Shown: positions 35,779 to 45,968 of the stretch, piece after piece
Numbering within the stretch: position 1 is the stretch's first letter
How the letters are laid out: each line of letters opens with the position of its first letter
Origin: Candidatus Micrarchaeota archaeon
GTDB lineage: Archaea > Micrarchaeota > Micrarchaeia > Norongarragalinales > Norongarragalinaceae
Direction of reading: 5' to 3'
NCBI GenBank assembly: GCA_016207165.1
Contig: JACQQD010000001.1
Location: 64,001-128,000, forward strand
Length of the DNA: 64,000 nucleotides
Translations under genes and position numbers: made by a program
The notes under the pieces: generated by a model
The model's database searches: none
The model's input: only the letters and a program-made list of their open reading frames with translations
Told to the model about the DNA's origin: nothing

Positions 35779-36192
35779 ATGAAGTGGTTTGGCCTTTTTT
35801 TGCTGTCTTTTTTGGCGTTGGGTTGTGTGCAACCTGGACCGCCCCTCGCGTCGCCGACGCCTTCGCCGGGCGGAAGCCAGTTGGCCAACCCCGCGGCGGT
35901 TCACTGTGCGGCGTTGGGCTATGAAAACAAGATTGCGGACGGGGCTGGAGGCCAATATGGCGTCTGCGTGTTTCCGGACGGTTCGTCCTGCGACGACTGG
36001 GCGTTTCTGCGCGGCGAATGCGGGCAAGCCTTTAGCGCGTGCGCGAAATCCGGGGGACGTCTTGGAGGGGTTTTGATGGGCCCCAACGGCCCCGTGACGT
36101 CCAATTCGACGTGCCAGTTTTCGGATGGCTCGATTTGCGAGGAATCGGATTTGGCGTCGGGTTCCTGCAAGCCGGCGCAGCAATTGCCGTGA
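35779..36192 (+). CDS. DUF333-like Cys-rich lipoprotein
   Basis: Lipobox LALGC; LANPAAVHC...GVCVFPDGSSCDDWAFLRGEC. Confidence 0.85.
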   Translation: MKWFGLFLLSFLALGCVQPGPPLASPTPSPGGSQLANPAAVHCAALGYENKIADGAGGQYGVCVFPDGSSCDDWAFLRGECGQAFSACAKSGGRLGGVLMGPNGPVTSNSTCQFSDGSICEESDLASGSCKPAQQLP

Positions 36193-36279
36193 TTTTCCGT
36201 AATCCGGCAACGCCTTTAAAACCCTTATCGCGCATAAGGTTTTTCCCTTTTTTGGCGAATTTCAAGGCACGAAACAAAC

Positions 36280-36350
36280 GCGACCGTGGTCTAGTGGTAT
36301 GATACGACCTTGCCAAGGTCGAGACCCGGGTTCGATTCCCGGCGGTCGCA
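36280..36350 (+). tRNA. tRNA-Gly(GCC)
   Basis: GCGACCG/CGGTCGC acceptor stem; CGACC-ttgccaa-GGTCG anticodon arm; T-tract downstream. Confidence 0.96.
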
Positions 36351-36676
36351 TTCTTTTTTTTTGGATTCCTTGGAAGACGTTTTAGCGCTTGATGCGCCGC
36401 CGGTACTTGTATTCCGTGGATTCGCCCCAGCGACAGGCGGGGTTCTGCGGTTTTTTCGGTTTGTATGATTTCGCCATGTTTTCTTATGGTGTGGCTAGGT
36501 AATAACCCCTCGGCTTGCGCTGTAACGTACCTAACCGGCTTGCCGATTCCACGAGTGCATCGGGGAACCGTTCAAACCTTTTCTTCGACGAGTTGTTTTG
36601 GTTTTTCCGGTTGAAGGGCAAAAACCGTTTACGAGGCCCACAACCAAATCCGCGCCACCGACCAACGCCAAGAGTT

Positions 36677-37864
36677 TTATCTTGAAAGGCAATCCGAAGC
36701 GTAGCAGGGGCTGTTTTGCCCTTGACTTTTTTCCACGTCGTCGCATACGCCGTCACACCAGATTTTTCCGCCGGGCGGAGCGCCTTGGGCTGGTTGGTTC
36801 AATCCATTGGGTGGCGAGCCGAGGGTTCCGGTGGCGTTGTTGACTTTGTACGTCATCGCGTATGATCCATCGGAAAGACGGACTACGTCGGGGTCGCATA
36901 CGACGCCTCGGACTTGGCCTTGGAAGATGTCGCCTTGTTCTTTGGTGAACGTCGTTGCGTCCGGGGCGAAGGCGGTTTGGATGCCCATGCCGCAGGCGAA
37001 CAACCGGACGCCGTCGGGTGTGGAGATGGCGGAGGGCACGCCGCCGAGGTTTCCGCCGGTAATGGATCTTGCGGTGAACGTCAGTCCGTCGTCGCTGACC
37101 GCCAGTTCTGTGGCCTGGCCCACGGAGTAGTACATGAGCCATTGGCCGTTGTGCTCAATGACGTCGGGGTCGGTGAGGCCCTCGTCTTCAAACCGGGTTC
37201 CCGGTTCCGCGGCGAACGAGATGCCGTCCGTGGAGACGGCGCTGTATACCTTGTGCTTGCCTTCGGCACGGGCGGGGTCGCCGGTTGTGACTTCCGAGCC
37301 GAAAAAGTAGAGGCGAATTCTTCCGTCCTCCAATTGGACGATGCCGGGGTCGACCGCCGCTCCTGCGTTCTGTTTTCCGGTGATGGCCACGACGCCTTGG
37401 TCCGTCCAGGTTTTTCCTTGGTCGCTGGAGTAAAGCACTCGGATGTTCTCGGATCCGGGGGTAATGAATTGCGAGAAGTCCACGTAGTAAATCAGCAGGC
37501 CGCCTGGTTCAAAAGCCCCGGCGGGTTTTTCCAGGCGCAATAGCCCGGGCACCGAGGCTTGTTCGGCGACCCGCGGCCCGGGTTGCCAGTTTTTGCCGTC
37601 TTGCGAGAACGCGATGTACGTTTTGTCGTTCCAGGGGCCGTTGCCTTGGGTTTGGGCGATGGATGGCCGTGGACTGGCGGAAGGCGTGGGGGCTTGAGGC
37701 TTTGTTTCGTCGGAGTCGCAGATTTCGTTGCCGTTTTGGTCTAGACAACAGCTTGTGCCGACCAAGATGTAGGGCGCGTTGCACACGAAAGCGGGGGTTT
37801 GCGTTTGCAGGCATCCGGCCAAGAAGGCGGCCAGCATCACGACAGCAACCCACTTCATGAGCAT
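36677..37864 (-). CDS. lipoprotein with beta-propeller (sialidase/GH43-like repeats)
   Basis: Lipobox FLAGC; CCLDQNGNEICD; repeated SxDGxTW/F Asp-boxes and DP-x-VV motifs. Confidence 0.8.
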   Translation of the reverse strand: MLMKWVAVVMLAAFLAGCLQTQTPAFVCNAPYILVGTSCCLDQNGNEICDSDETKPQAPTPSASPRPSIAQTQGNGPWNDKTYIAFSQDGKNWQPGPRVAEQASVPGLLRLEKPAGAFEPGGLLIYYVDFSQFITPGSENIRVLYSSDQGKTWTDQGVVAITGKQNAGAAVDPGIVQLEDGRIRLYFFGSEVTTGDPARAEGKHKVYSAVSTDGISFAAEPGTRFEDEGLTDPDVIEHNGQWLMYYSVGQATELAVSDDGLTFTARSITGGNLGGVPSAISTPDGVRLFACGMGIQTAFAPDATTFTKEQGDIFQGQVRGVVCDPDVVRLSDGSYAMTYKVNNATGTLGSPPNGLNQPAQGAPPGGKIWCDGVCDDVEKSQGQNSPCYASDCLSR

Positions 37865-37925
37865 ACTTTTTTTTTGAAGTATAAAACCAAAGCGTTTTCT
37901 TGGGCTTCATTCTTTTCCAGTTCCC

Positions 37926-38393
37926 ATGGATGGATTCGCGGTGAAACTGGAGGCGTACATGAAGGCGCACGGCGTTCAAGGAGAGTTGCTGTGGTTTGAT
38001 CAGTCGTGCCATTCCGTGGCCGAGGCGGCGCACGCCGTTGGTGCGCCTGAGTCGGATTTCGTGAAAAACATTTGCATGGTCGCGTCTGACGGAAGGCTGG
38101 TGGTGGCCGTGGTCAAGGGCGAAAATCGCGCCAGCACGACGGCGGTGGGCAACGTGTTGGGTTTGGCGGAGCGGCCGCGGACGGCGACGCCCGACGAGAT
38201 TCTTCAGAAGACGGGTTATCCGTGCGGGGGCACGCCGAGTTTCGGTTATTCCGCCGTTTTCTTGGTGGACGAGCGCGTGTTGGAAAACGAGGTCGTGTAT
38301 TCCGGCGGGGGTTCGACTCAGGCGTTGGTGAAAATGGCGCCGGTGGACTTGCTTTCAGCCAACCACGGTCAAGTGGCCCGGATTCGAAAGTAG
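37926..38393 (+). CDS. YbaK/ProX-family aminoacyl-tRNA deacylase
   Basis: SVAEAA, VKNI, TGYPCGGTPSFG, SGGG. Confidence 0.88.
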   Translation: MDGFAVKLEAYMKAHGVQGELLWFDQSCHSVAEAAHAVGAPESDFVKNICMVASDGRLVVAVVKGENRASTTAVGNVLGLAERPRTATPDEILQKTGYPCGGTPSFGYSAVFLVDERVLENEVVYSGGGSTQALVKMAPVDLLSANHGQVARIRK

Positions 38394-38397
38394 CGCT

Positions 38398-38823
38398 TCA
38401 AGTGAAGTGGATGCGGACGCGGTAGCGTCTTGGTCCCGGGCTTCCGTCGGGGTTTTCCATGTTCATGCCCACGTGGATTTCGTGTTGGATTCCGGGTTGC
38501 ATTTCCCCGAAGGGGTGGATTTGCCCTTTCGTCAATGGCGTGGGTTCTCCGCGTGTTGAGGCCGCTTCCGCCGTGTTTCGGCTGAAGTGATGGTAGTAGA
38601 GCCGCCCGCCGGAAATGACGAAGGCCCCGTGTTCGTTGGAAATGCCTTCAATGCTAGGCTTGATTTCTTCGCCTCCTTGGCTCTTTACGGCGAATCCGAG
38701 GTGGGATTGCGGGTGGCGGCCCATTTTAACGGTGAGGCCGTCGCGCGCGGGTTCCTCGTGGGACGCGTAGGGTTCGTATGTTCCTTTTTGGTTTCTTCGC
38801 TCCACCACGAAGCGCACGTTCAT
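38398..38823 (-). CDS. divergent FHA-domain protein
   Basis: KMGRHPQSHL, ISNEHGAF, FSRNT match the GR / SxxH / N signature. Confidence 0.65.
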   Translation of the reverse strand: MNVRFVVERRNQKGTYEPYASHEEPARDGLTVKMGRHPQSHLGFAVKSQGGEEIKPSIEGISNEHGAFVISGGRLYYHHFSRNTAEAASTRGEPTPLTKGQIHPFGEMQPGIQHEIHVGMNMENPDGSPGPRRYRVRIHFT

Positions 38824-38833
38824 TTTTTCCACT

Positions 38834-39166
38834 TCAGTAGATTCGAGTGCCAATGGGCGCGTCGCCGTCGGGGACCAGCAATTGGATGGATTCGTGGGTT
38901 TCGCCGGCGGCCAAAAGCATGCCTTCGCTTTGCACGCCTTTCATGGTTTTGGGTTCCAGGTTGCAGAGCACCACGATTTTTTTTCCGGCCAGGTCCTCGG
39001 GCGCGTAACGGAGGGCCAGTCCGGCGACCAGGGTTCGGGGCGCTTCTTCGCCGGTGTCCACGGAGAGTTTGAGGAGTTTGTCTGCGCCTTGGATTCTTTC
39101 GGCGGATAGGATTTGGCCGACGCGGATTTCCAGTTTCGAGAAGTCCTCGTATTTGACGGAGTCCAT
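38834..39166 (-). CDS. tRNA-binding OB-fold protein (Trbp111/MetRS C-terminal-like)
   Basis: EDFSKLEIRVG, ADKLL, NLEP..MKGVQSEGMLLAA. Confidence 0.92.
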   Translation of the reverse strand: MDSVKYEDFSKLEIRVGQILSAERIQGADKLLKLSVDTGEEAPRTLVAGLALRYAPEDLAGKKIVVLCNLEPKTMKGVQSEGMLLAAGETHESIQLLVPDGDAPIGTRIY

Positions 39167-39249
39167 CGCGTTTTTCCCTTTGTTCGATTCCTGGGTTTAG
39201 TGCGGCAGAGTGCTTTTGTTTGTTTGGGTTGGCCAGGCGGGTTTGTTTC

Positions 39250-40119
39250 TTACTCCAGGATTTCTACGGCGTCCACCACGCCGTCGCCGTCCTCGTCAAA
39301 GCCTTGAACAACGTGGGCGAAGGGTTCGGTGGAGAGCTTTTTGGGGTGTTTGGACAGGGCCAGCACGGCGGCGCGGGTGGCGTTGTGCGAGAGTCCGGCG
39401 ATGACGAAGAGTTTTTTTCCTTCGGTAAACGGGCTGTCCGCGGATTGGACGACGCCGACGTTGTCGCCGTATTTTTTGTGGGTCAGCGTGGAGTGGATGT
39501 CGAAGGCTTCGGTGAAGCGGATGGGCAAATGCGCGTTGGCTTCGTGCACCAGGGTGTTGACTTTGGGTCCTCCAACTAAAAACAGGTTTTCGTTGCGGAC
39601 GCGGTCCAGCGCTTCCGTGTCCAAGTAGTACAATGGATAGGGGCATTGCGCGTATTGGGAGAGGAAGGCCGAAAGCTCGATGGCGGCGAACTCCGAGCCG
39701 CGGGCGCGGTACGCTCCGTGGGGTTCCGGTGAGCCCACCACCAGGCGGGCGTTAAGCGTCCCGTCCTTTATGAATGCGTCCAAGAAGGCGGGCGGTTTTT
39801 TCGGGTTTTGGGCAAACGGGTGGAATTCCTCCGTCAGCGGCAGGGCGAGGGCTTTGGCGGTGGAAACGTATTGCTTGGCGATGCCTCCGTGCTTTTGTTC
39901 GAACCGCTCCAACTTGATGAGGCCCTCTTTTGAAAGAATGCGCAGGTGGTAGTACGCGGTCTGGGGATGCATGCGGAGCGTTTTGGCCAAGTCGGCGGCG
40001 TACCGAGGCTTTTCCGCCAAGGCCTTTAGAATGCGGAGGCGGTCGGGGTTAAGCACGCCCAACGCGTTTTCGTCGACTTGCAAGGCGTCCAGCGCCATTG
40101 AATCCTTGAGCAGTTTCAT
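39250..40119 (-). CDS. ArsR-type HTH regulator with C-terminal domain
   Basis: NPDRLRILKAL...YYHLRILSKEGLI; VGGPKVN. Confidence 0.85.
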   Translation of the reverse strand: MKLLKDSMALDALQVDENALGVLNPDRLRILKALAEKPRYAADLAKTLRMHPQTAYYHLRILSKEGLIKLERFEQKHGGIAKQYVSTAKALALPLTEEFHPFAQNPKKPPAFLDAFIKDGTLNARLVVGSPEPHGAYRARGSEFAAIELSAFLSQYAQCPYPLYYLDTEALDRVRNENLFLVGGPKVNTLVHEANAHLPIRFTEAFDIHSTLTHKKYGDNVGVVQSADSPFTEGKKLFVIAGLSHNATRAAVLALSKHPKKLSTEPFAHVVQGFDEDGDGVVDAVEILE

Positions 40120-40880
40120 GGCCGCACGTCCTGGATTTGTCGGTGGATGGAACGGCTTGAAGCGATGATGAATGACGTTTTCTCCATGGTTGTGTCAATC
40201 GGTTTTCCGTTGGCTTGCGTGACGATTGCTCCGGCTTGTTTGGCGATGTGGGCGCCGGCGGCGATGTCGTAGGGGTTCACCCGGTAATCAAAGGACGCGT
40301 CGGCGCGGCTGGCGGCCACAAAACATGCCGAAAGCGCGCAGGAACCCAACGACTTGAGACTCATGTGGCGGTCCAGCAACGCGTTCATCCATTGCCTGTT
40401 TTTGGTGAATCCCTCGAGGCTGCGGGTGCAGATTTCCAGGCAGACGACGTCCAGGGTTTGGCTTGGCCGCACGCGCAGGCGTTTTTTGTTCAGGAACGCT
40501 CCACTGGATTCCGCGTAAAAAAGTTCGTCGGTGACGGGGTTTGACACGACGCCAAGAACGGTTTTCCCATTTTGGCCCAAGGCGATGCTGGTGGCAAAAT
40601 AGGGGATGCCGCGGATAAAGTTGGTCGTGCCGTCGATGGGGTCCACGATCCACGTGTATTTTTCTCCGTCGCGTCGGCCGGTTTCCTCGCCCCAAAACCC
40701 GTGGTCCGGGAAACGTCGGGACAAGACCTCGCGGATGGCGTTTTCCGCGGCGTGGTCGGTTTTCGTGACTTCCTCGCCATTTGGTTTTCGGTCTGCGCGC
40801 ACGTTTCGGCCGTACTGGGATTCAATGATTTCTCCTGCGGTTTTGGCGGCTTCCAACGCCACGTCCAAAAATTTAGTCAT
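40116..40880 (-). CDS. inositol monophosphatase family protein
   Basis: GEE, WIVDPIDGTTNF, PYDIAAG. Confidence 0.93.
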   Translation of the reverse strand: MTKFLDVALEAAKTAGEIIESQYGRNVRADRKPNGEEVTKTDHAAENAIREVLSRRFPDHGFWGEETGRRDGEKYTWIVDPIDGTTNFIRGIPYFATSIALGQNGKTVLGVVSNPVTDELFYAESSGAFLNKKRLRVRPSQTLDVVCLEICTRSLEGFTKNRQWMNALLDRHMSLKSLGSCALSACFVAASRADASFDYRVNPYDIAAGAHIAKQAGAIVTQANGKPIDTTMEKTSFIIASSRSIHRQIQDVRP

Positions 40881-40969
40881 TTTAATACTATTTTTATGGT
40901 TTTGTTTAAAATCATATGGTTTGGGGCTAAAAATTTGAGTTTTCGGTTCAGCGGGCTTTATATGCAAAT

Positions 40970-40985
40970 GTAAAGCATACTTTAC
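40970..40985. promoter_or_regulatory. palindromic operator before glmS
   Basis: GTAAAG-cata-CTTTAC just downstream of TTTATAT. Confidence 0.5.
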
Positions 40986-41003
40986 TTTCCTTTTGGGATT
41001 GTT

Positions 41004-42773
41004 ATGTGCGGTATCTTGGGAATTGTTTCAAACAGACCAGTCGGACCCCTGGTTCTTGAGGGGCTCAAGAAACTGGAGTACCGGGGGTACGATTCGTGTG
41101 GAGTTTGCGGAGTCGACGGAGCGCTTCACGTCCGAAAGGGCGTCGGCAAGATTGACGACGTGGAGCAAAAGCACCGACTTAGTGACGTTCCTGGAAACAC
41201 CGTGATTTCCCACACGAGGTGGGCGACGCATGGGGGCGTGACGGATCCCAACGCGCACCCGCACCTGGATTGCCGGGGGGAAGTCGCGGTAGTGCACAAC
41301 GGCATCATCGAAAACTACCAGGAACTGCGCCGAACCCTTCAGGCGAAGGGCCACCACTTCGCTTCGGAAACCGATTCGGAGGCCATTGCGCACTTGATTG
41401 AGTCTGCGGCTTTTGGCTCCCTGGAGGAACGGGTGCAGGCGGCGGTAAAGCAATTGCACGGCAGTTTTGCGTTGTTGGCCGTGTCGGTGCGCGAGCCGGA
41501 TAAATTGGTGGCCGTTCGAAAGGAAAGCCCGATGGCCGTTGGGCTTGGAAAAGAGCACACGTTCGTGGCGTCGGACGTCATGCCGTTTCTTTCGCACACC
41601 AAACAAGCCGTTTTCCTTGAAGACCACGAAATGGCGGTGGTCACGTCCCAAGGCGTCCGGTTTTTGGACAGCCGGTCTGGGCAATCCGTGGAGAAGTCGC
41701 CGAGGACCCTGGAGTGGGATTCCGAATCCGCTTCAAAGGAAGGCTACCCGCATTACATGATCAAGGAGATTTTGGAACAACCGCAGGCTATCCGCAACGC
41801 GTTGCGTCAGGATCCAGAGAAATTGGAGGCCTTTGTGACGTTGCTGAAGGCAAGCCGGGACGTCAAGTTCGTCGCTTGCGGCACGTCGCGGCATGCCGCC
41901 TTGGTGGGGCGGTATGCCTTGAACCAGTTGGCGGGCCAAAGTGCGGAGGCCTACATCGCGTCTGAATTCGATTACTTTGCGGATCAGTGTACAGCCGATA
42001 CGCTTGTGGTGGCGGTGTCGCAAAGCGGCGAGACGGCCGACGTTTTGGTGGGTTTGCGGAAAGCCAAGGCAAAGGGTGCCAAAGTCGCGGCCATTGTCAA
42101 CGTGGCGGGGTCGTCCATTGACCGGGAAAGCGATGTGTGCCTGTACTTGAATTGCGGTCCGGAGATTGCCGTGGCGTCCACCAAGGCGTTTTTGGCGCAG
42201 TTGACGGTGTTCTTCGTGGTGGCGCATGCATTGGCAGGCAAACGTTCAGAAGGCGTGGCCACCATGACCAAGGTGGCCGACCAAGTGGAGGAATTCTTGC
42301 CGAAGTGGGAAACGCAGGCCAACGATTTGGCGGCGTCCTGGTCCGAAGTCCGCCACATGTATTACTTGGCGCGGGGAGTGAATTTTCCGGTGGCCCTTGA
42401 GGGCGCGCTCAAGATGAAGGAAATTTCTTACGTTCATGCGGAAGGCATGCCCGCCGGCGAACTCAAACACGGCACCCTGGCTCTTATCGAGAAAGGCACG
42501 CCGGTGGTGCTGGTCAACCCGAAAGACTACACGTTTTCCGATACGCTATCCAATGGTTTGGAGACCCAAGCCAGGGGCGCCTTTTTGGTGGGCGTTTCGG
42601 ACGAGCAAAACGAGGCGTACGACGCTTTCGTCGAATTGCCGAAAGCGCCGGCATTGTTTTACCCGTTGCTGGCTACCGTTCCAATGCAGTTGCTGGCGTA
42701 TTACGCTTCGGTCAATCGGGGTCTGGATCCAGATCACCCCCGATCGCTTGCGAAATCCGTGACCGTGCGCTAG
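41004..42773 (+). CDS. glmS: glutamine--fructose-6-phosphate aminotransferase
   Basis: MCGI, EYRGYDS, HTRWATHG, SQSGET, LAKSVT. Confidence 0.97.
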   Translation: MCGILGIVSNRPVGPLVLEGLKKLEYRGYDSCGVCGVDGALHVRKGVGKIDDVEQKHRLSDVPGNTVISHTRWATHGGVTDPNAHPHLDCRGEVAVVHNGIIENYQELRRTLQAKGHHFASETDSEAIAHLIESAAFGSLEERVQAAVKQLHGSFALLAVSVREPDKLVAVRKESPMAVGLGKEHTFVASDVMPFLSHTKQAVFLEDHEMAVVTSQGVRFLDSRSGQSVEKSPRTLEWDSESASKEGYPHYMIKEILEQPQAIRNALRQDPEKLEAFVTLLKASRDVKFVACGTSRHAALVGRYALNQLAGQSAEAYIASEFDYFADQCTADTLVVAVSQSGETADVLVGLRKAKAKGAKVAAIVNVAGSSIDRESDVCLYLNCGPEIAVASTKAFLAQLTVFFVVAHALAGKRSEGVATMTKVADQVEEFLPKWETQANDLAASWSEVRHMYYLARGVNFPVALEGALKMKEISYVHAEGMPAGELKHGTLALIEKGTPVVLVNPKDYTFSDTLSNGLETQARGAFLVGVSDEQNEAYDAFVELPKAPALFYPLLATVPMQLLAYYASVNRGLDPDHPRSLAKSVTVR

Positions 42774-42798
42774 ACTTTGTTTGTTGTGTGTGATTTTC

Positions 42799-43428
42799 GT
42801 GACTATCAAAGCCGTGTTATTTGACGTGGACGGCGTGCTGTTGGATTCCGAGGAGGCCTTGGTGCGCATGCATTCGGATGCCTTGGCGCATTTTGGTTTT
42901 CCTCCAGCGTCCCGGGAGGCGATCGTGCGGACCAACGGCCACTTGTTCGTGAATTGTGTCCGGATGCTGGTGCCCGGCATCCCGGATTTTCAGGCCGAGG
43001 CGTACGCGGAATGGACGAATCCGAGGTTCACGTCGCACTACATCCCCGCGTTTTCCAATGCGTTTCCTGACGTGGCAGATGTCTTGCCGGCGTTGTCGGA
43101 CCGTGGAGTTCGTTTGGGGGTGGTGACTAGCCAGAACCGCGCCCAGTTTGCAAGCACGCTCAAGCGCATTGGCTTTAATGGATTTGACGTAGTGGTTACC
43201 GCGGATGACGTTAGGAGGCCCAAACCAAATCCCGAACCCCTTGAAAAAGCGTTGGCGGTTTTGGGCGTAGTCGGGCGCCAAGATGCCGTGTTTGTGGGGG
43301 ACTCTGAAGTGGATGTGCAAACCGGTCGGGTTTCCGGCGTCCAAACCGTGCTGATGGCGCGTCCTTGGAACGCGCATTTGGACGGGCCGCGCCTAAATGG
43401 ATTGTTGGATTTGTTGGAGTGGGTCTGA
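42799..43428 (+). CDS. HAD-family phosphatase
   Basis: FDVDGVL, KPNP, VGDSEVD. Confidence 0.9.
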   Translation: MTIKAVLFDVDGVLLDSEEALVRMHSDALAHFGFPPASREAIVRTNGHLFVNCVRMLVPGIPDFQAEAYAEWTNPRFTSHYIPAFSNAFPDVADVLPALSDRGVRLGVVTSQNRAQFASTLKRIGFNGFDVVVTADDVRRPKPNPEPLEKALAVLGVVGRQDAVFVGDSEVDVQTGRVSGVQTVLMARPWNAHLDGPRLNGLLDLLEWV

Positions 43429-44667
43429 GTGGTGCAATACGTCATTCTCGCCGCGGGCCGTGGAAGCCGTTTGTGGCCCGTTGGAGAGAGCTTGCCCAAA
43501 TGCATGGTGCGGGTTCTTGGAAAACCGTTGCTGGAATGGATTCTGGATGACGTGGTGGGTTTTGCGTCGAAAGTCGTGGTGGTGGTCGGCTACAAAAAAG
43601 AGTTGGTCACGGACTATTTTTCCAAGAAGCCATATTCCAAGAAACTGGTCTTCGTGGAACAGGCGGAACAAAAAGGCACGGGGCACGCGCTTTTGTGTGC
43701 CAAACGCCATGTTTCCGAGTCGTTCGTGACGGTCAACGCCGACAGTTTTTCCGAGCCGGCTTTGTTCGGCTTGATGCGTGAACGCATCGAAAAAAATCCG
43801 ACGCAGTTTTTCGGTTTGTCCAAGTTCGTGGATGACGCGCGGGCCTTCGGATTGTTTGACGTGAAAGACGGCCTCATTGCCGGCATCCGGGAAAAACCGA
43901 AGGAAAAAGTCGCGGGTTGGGTGGGTTTGGGCAATTACTATTTGCCCAAGGAATTCTTCGATTATTTGGAACGAGTGCCGTTGTCGCCGCGGGGCGAGTA
44001 CGAGTTGACGGATGCGTTGGTGGCGTTCTTGAACGCCCAACCCCTTCGTGCCGTGGAATTCCAGGGGTACCGAAGCGAAATCACGTATTTTTGGGACCAC
44101 TTGGACATCAACATCCACGCGTTGGAGCGCCTCATGCCCGAACGCGTGGAGGGCACCATTGAATCCGGCGCCGTCGTGCAGGGAAAACTCTTCTTGGGCA
44201 AGGGCAGCGTGATTCGGGCGGGAACCCGCGTGGAGGGCCCGGCGTACATCGGCGAGAATTGTCTGATTGGTCCGAACGCCTTCATCCGTCGGGGTTCCGT
44301 GATTGAAAACAACTGCCACGTGGGCACGTGCGAAATCAAGAATTCCGTGGTCATGAACGGCGCGAACGTCCCGCACTTTTCTTATGTGGGGGATTCCGTG
44401 CTCTGCGAGGACGTCAACTTGGGCGCGGGTTCCATGATCGCCAACCTTCGGTTTGACAACGAGCCCATCTTGGTGCACTTCAAGCAGGGTTCCGTGGATT
44501 CGGGGCGGAGGAAACTGGGGGCCGCCATCGGTTCCGGCACGAAGGTCGGCGTGAATTGTTCGATTAACTGCGGGGTCTTGATTGGGCACAACTGCCGGAT
44601 TTACCCGGGTGTTCAAGTCAAGCACAACTTGGATAATGAAACCGTGTTCAAGGGCGATGGAAGTTGA
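43429..44667 (+). CDS. glmU: bifunctional sugar-1-P nucleotidyltransferase/acetyltransferase (archaeal GlmU)
   Basis: LAAGRGSRL..PK, GTGHA, SPRGEYELTD, hexapeptide repeats. Confidence 0.9.
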   Translation: MVQYVILAAGRGSRLWPVGESLPKCMVRVLGKPLLEWILDDVVGFASKVVVVVGYKKELVTDYFSKKPYSKKLVFVEQAEQKGTGHALLCAKRHVSESFVTVNADSFSEPALFGLMRERIEKNPTQFFGLSKFVDDARAFGLFDVKDGLIAGIREKPKEKVAGWVGLGNYYLPKEFFDYLERVPLSPRGEYELTDALVAFLNAQPLRAVEFQGYRSEITYFWDHLDINIHALERLMPERVEGTIESGAVVQGKLFLGKGSVIRAGTRVEGPAYIGENCLIGPNAFIRRGSVIENNCHVGTCEIKNSVVMNGANVPHFSYVGDSVLCEDVNLGAGSMIANLRFDNEPILVHFKQGSVDSGRRKLGAAIGSGTKVGVNCSINCGVLIGHNCRIYPGVQVKHNLDNETVFKGDGS

Positions 44668-45968
44668 CGGACGACCCATCCTGTTCGCCGAACGCTTCAA
44701 GTACTTCTTCCAAGGCGAACTTGCTTGAAGACAATTTTTGCAAGGCCTATGATTTCCGGGGGAAATACGGTTCCGAGGCCACGGAGGAAAAGTGTTTCCG
44801 GTTGGGGTTGGCCTGCAATGCCTTTAAGCGGCCGATTGCGTTGGGCATGGATTACCGGGAGCACAACGATTCGCTGGCCAAGGCGTTTCTGCAAGGGTTC
44901 AAGGGCGAGGTGCGTTTTGCCGGCGCCGTGCCGTCGCCCGTGATCGGCTATAACGCCACGGCGTGGGGCGTCGTTTTTACGGCGTCGCATAACCCGGCGG
45001 GGTACAACGGCGTCAAATTCAAGAAACACAAGCGGTGCTTTTTCGAGGGGGAGCTGGCGAAGCTTCGGGAGTGGTACGATGCATCCAACACGCCGTTTTT
45101 GTCCCAGGGAACGCCTTTGCCGGACGTGGATGGATCGCTTCGGCAAACCTATTTGGACGCGTTGCCGGAGTTTGAATCCGGTGTCTACGATTTGGCGGGT
45201 GGAGCCGTGTGCGCGGTCAAAGAGGTTTTCCCGGATTCCGTATTTTTTGATCCGGATCCCGCCTTTGAAAAGCACGCGCCGGAGCCGAAAAGCGGCGCGC
45301 TTTCCGTCTTGCAGAAAAAATCCATTGACTCAAAGAAGGTGGGCTTCGCGTTTGACGGAGACGGCGACCGCTGCGTGGTGGTGGACCGCGGAAACGTGGT
45401 GGACGGCGGTATTCTGGCGGCGTTCATTGCTTCCCGTCATCTGCCCAAAAAAGCGAAGGTGTTGGTGACGTTGGACACGCAAGCCGAAGTGTTCCGATTC
45501 CTGGAGGATGAGGGCTTTTCCGTGGCGTACACGGCGGTGGGGGACGTGTTCCTGTTGAAGGAAATGCTTTCAAGCCAAGCTGATTTTGCCGCCGAGCGGT
45601 CGGGACATTACTCGTTCAAGAAGCACATGCCGGATTCCGACGGGATTTTTGCGGCGGCGTTGTTGTCCGGCACGCGTTTTGGCGAGGTCGCGGACTTTGC
45701 CTTCCAGTTCAAGCAAGTTTCCTTGCAGCAAGAGGCGCGTTTTGCCTTGGACTTCTCAAAACTCAGGGCGCTGGCCGAGGAAAAGGCGGTGCGCGTGGAC
45801 GCGCTGGACGGCGTCAAAGCGGAATTCGAAGATTTCACGTTTTTGGTGCGCGCGTCCAGGACGGAGCCCAAGGTGCGGATCAACGTGGAAGCGGATTCCA
45901 AGGAATTGGCGGAGAAGGGCTTGGCATGGACGTTGGAGGCACTGCACCGTTGCCGGGTTCACTCGTAG
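44664..45968 (+). CDS. phosphohexomutase (GlmM/PMM/PGM)
   Basis: AYDFRG, TASHNP, FDGDGDR, ERSGH, RASRTEP; start uncertain. Confidence 0.92.
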   Translation: MTDDPSCSPNASSTSSKANLLEDNFCKAYDFRGKYGSEATEEKCFRLGLACNAFKRPIALGMDYREHNDSLAKAFLQGFKGEVRFAGAVPSPVIGYNATAWGVVFTASHNPAGYNGVKFKKHKRCFFEGELAKLREWYDASNTPFLSQGTPLPDVDGSLRQTYLDALPEFESGVYDLAGGAVCAVKEVFPDSVFFDPDPAFEKHAPEPKSGALSVLQKKSIDSKKVGFAFDGDGDRCVVVDRGNVVDGGILAAFIASRHLPKKAKVLVTLDTQAEVFRFLEDEGFSVAYTAVGDVFLLKEMLSSQADFAAERSGHYSFKKHMPDSDGIFAAALLSGTRFGEVADFAFQFKQVSLQQEARFALDFSKLRALAEEKAVRVDALDGVKAEFEDFTFLVRASRTEPKVRINVEADSKELAEKGLAWTLEALHRCRVHS

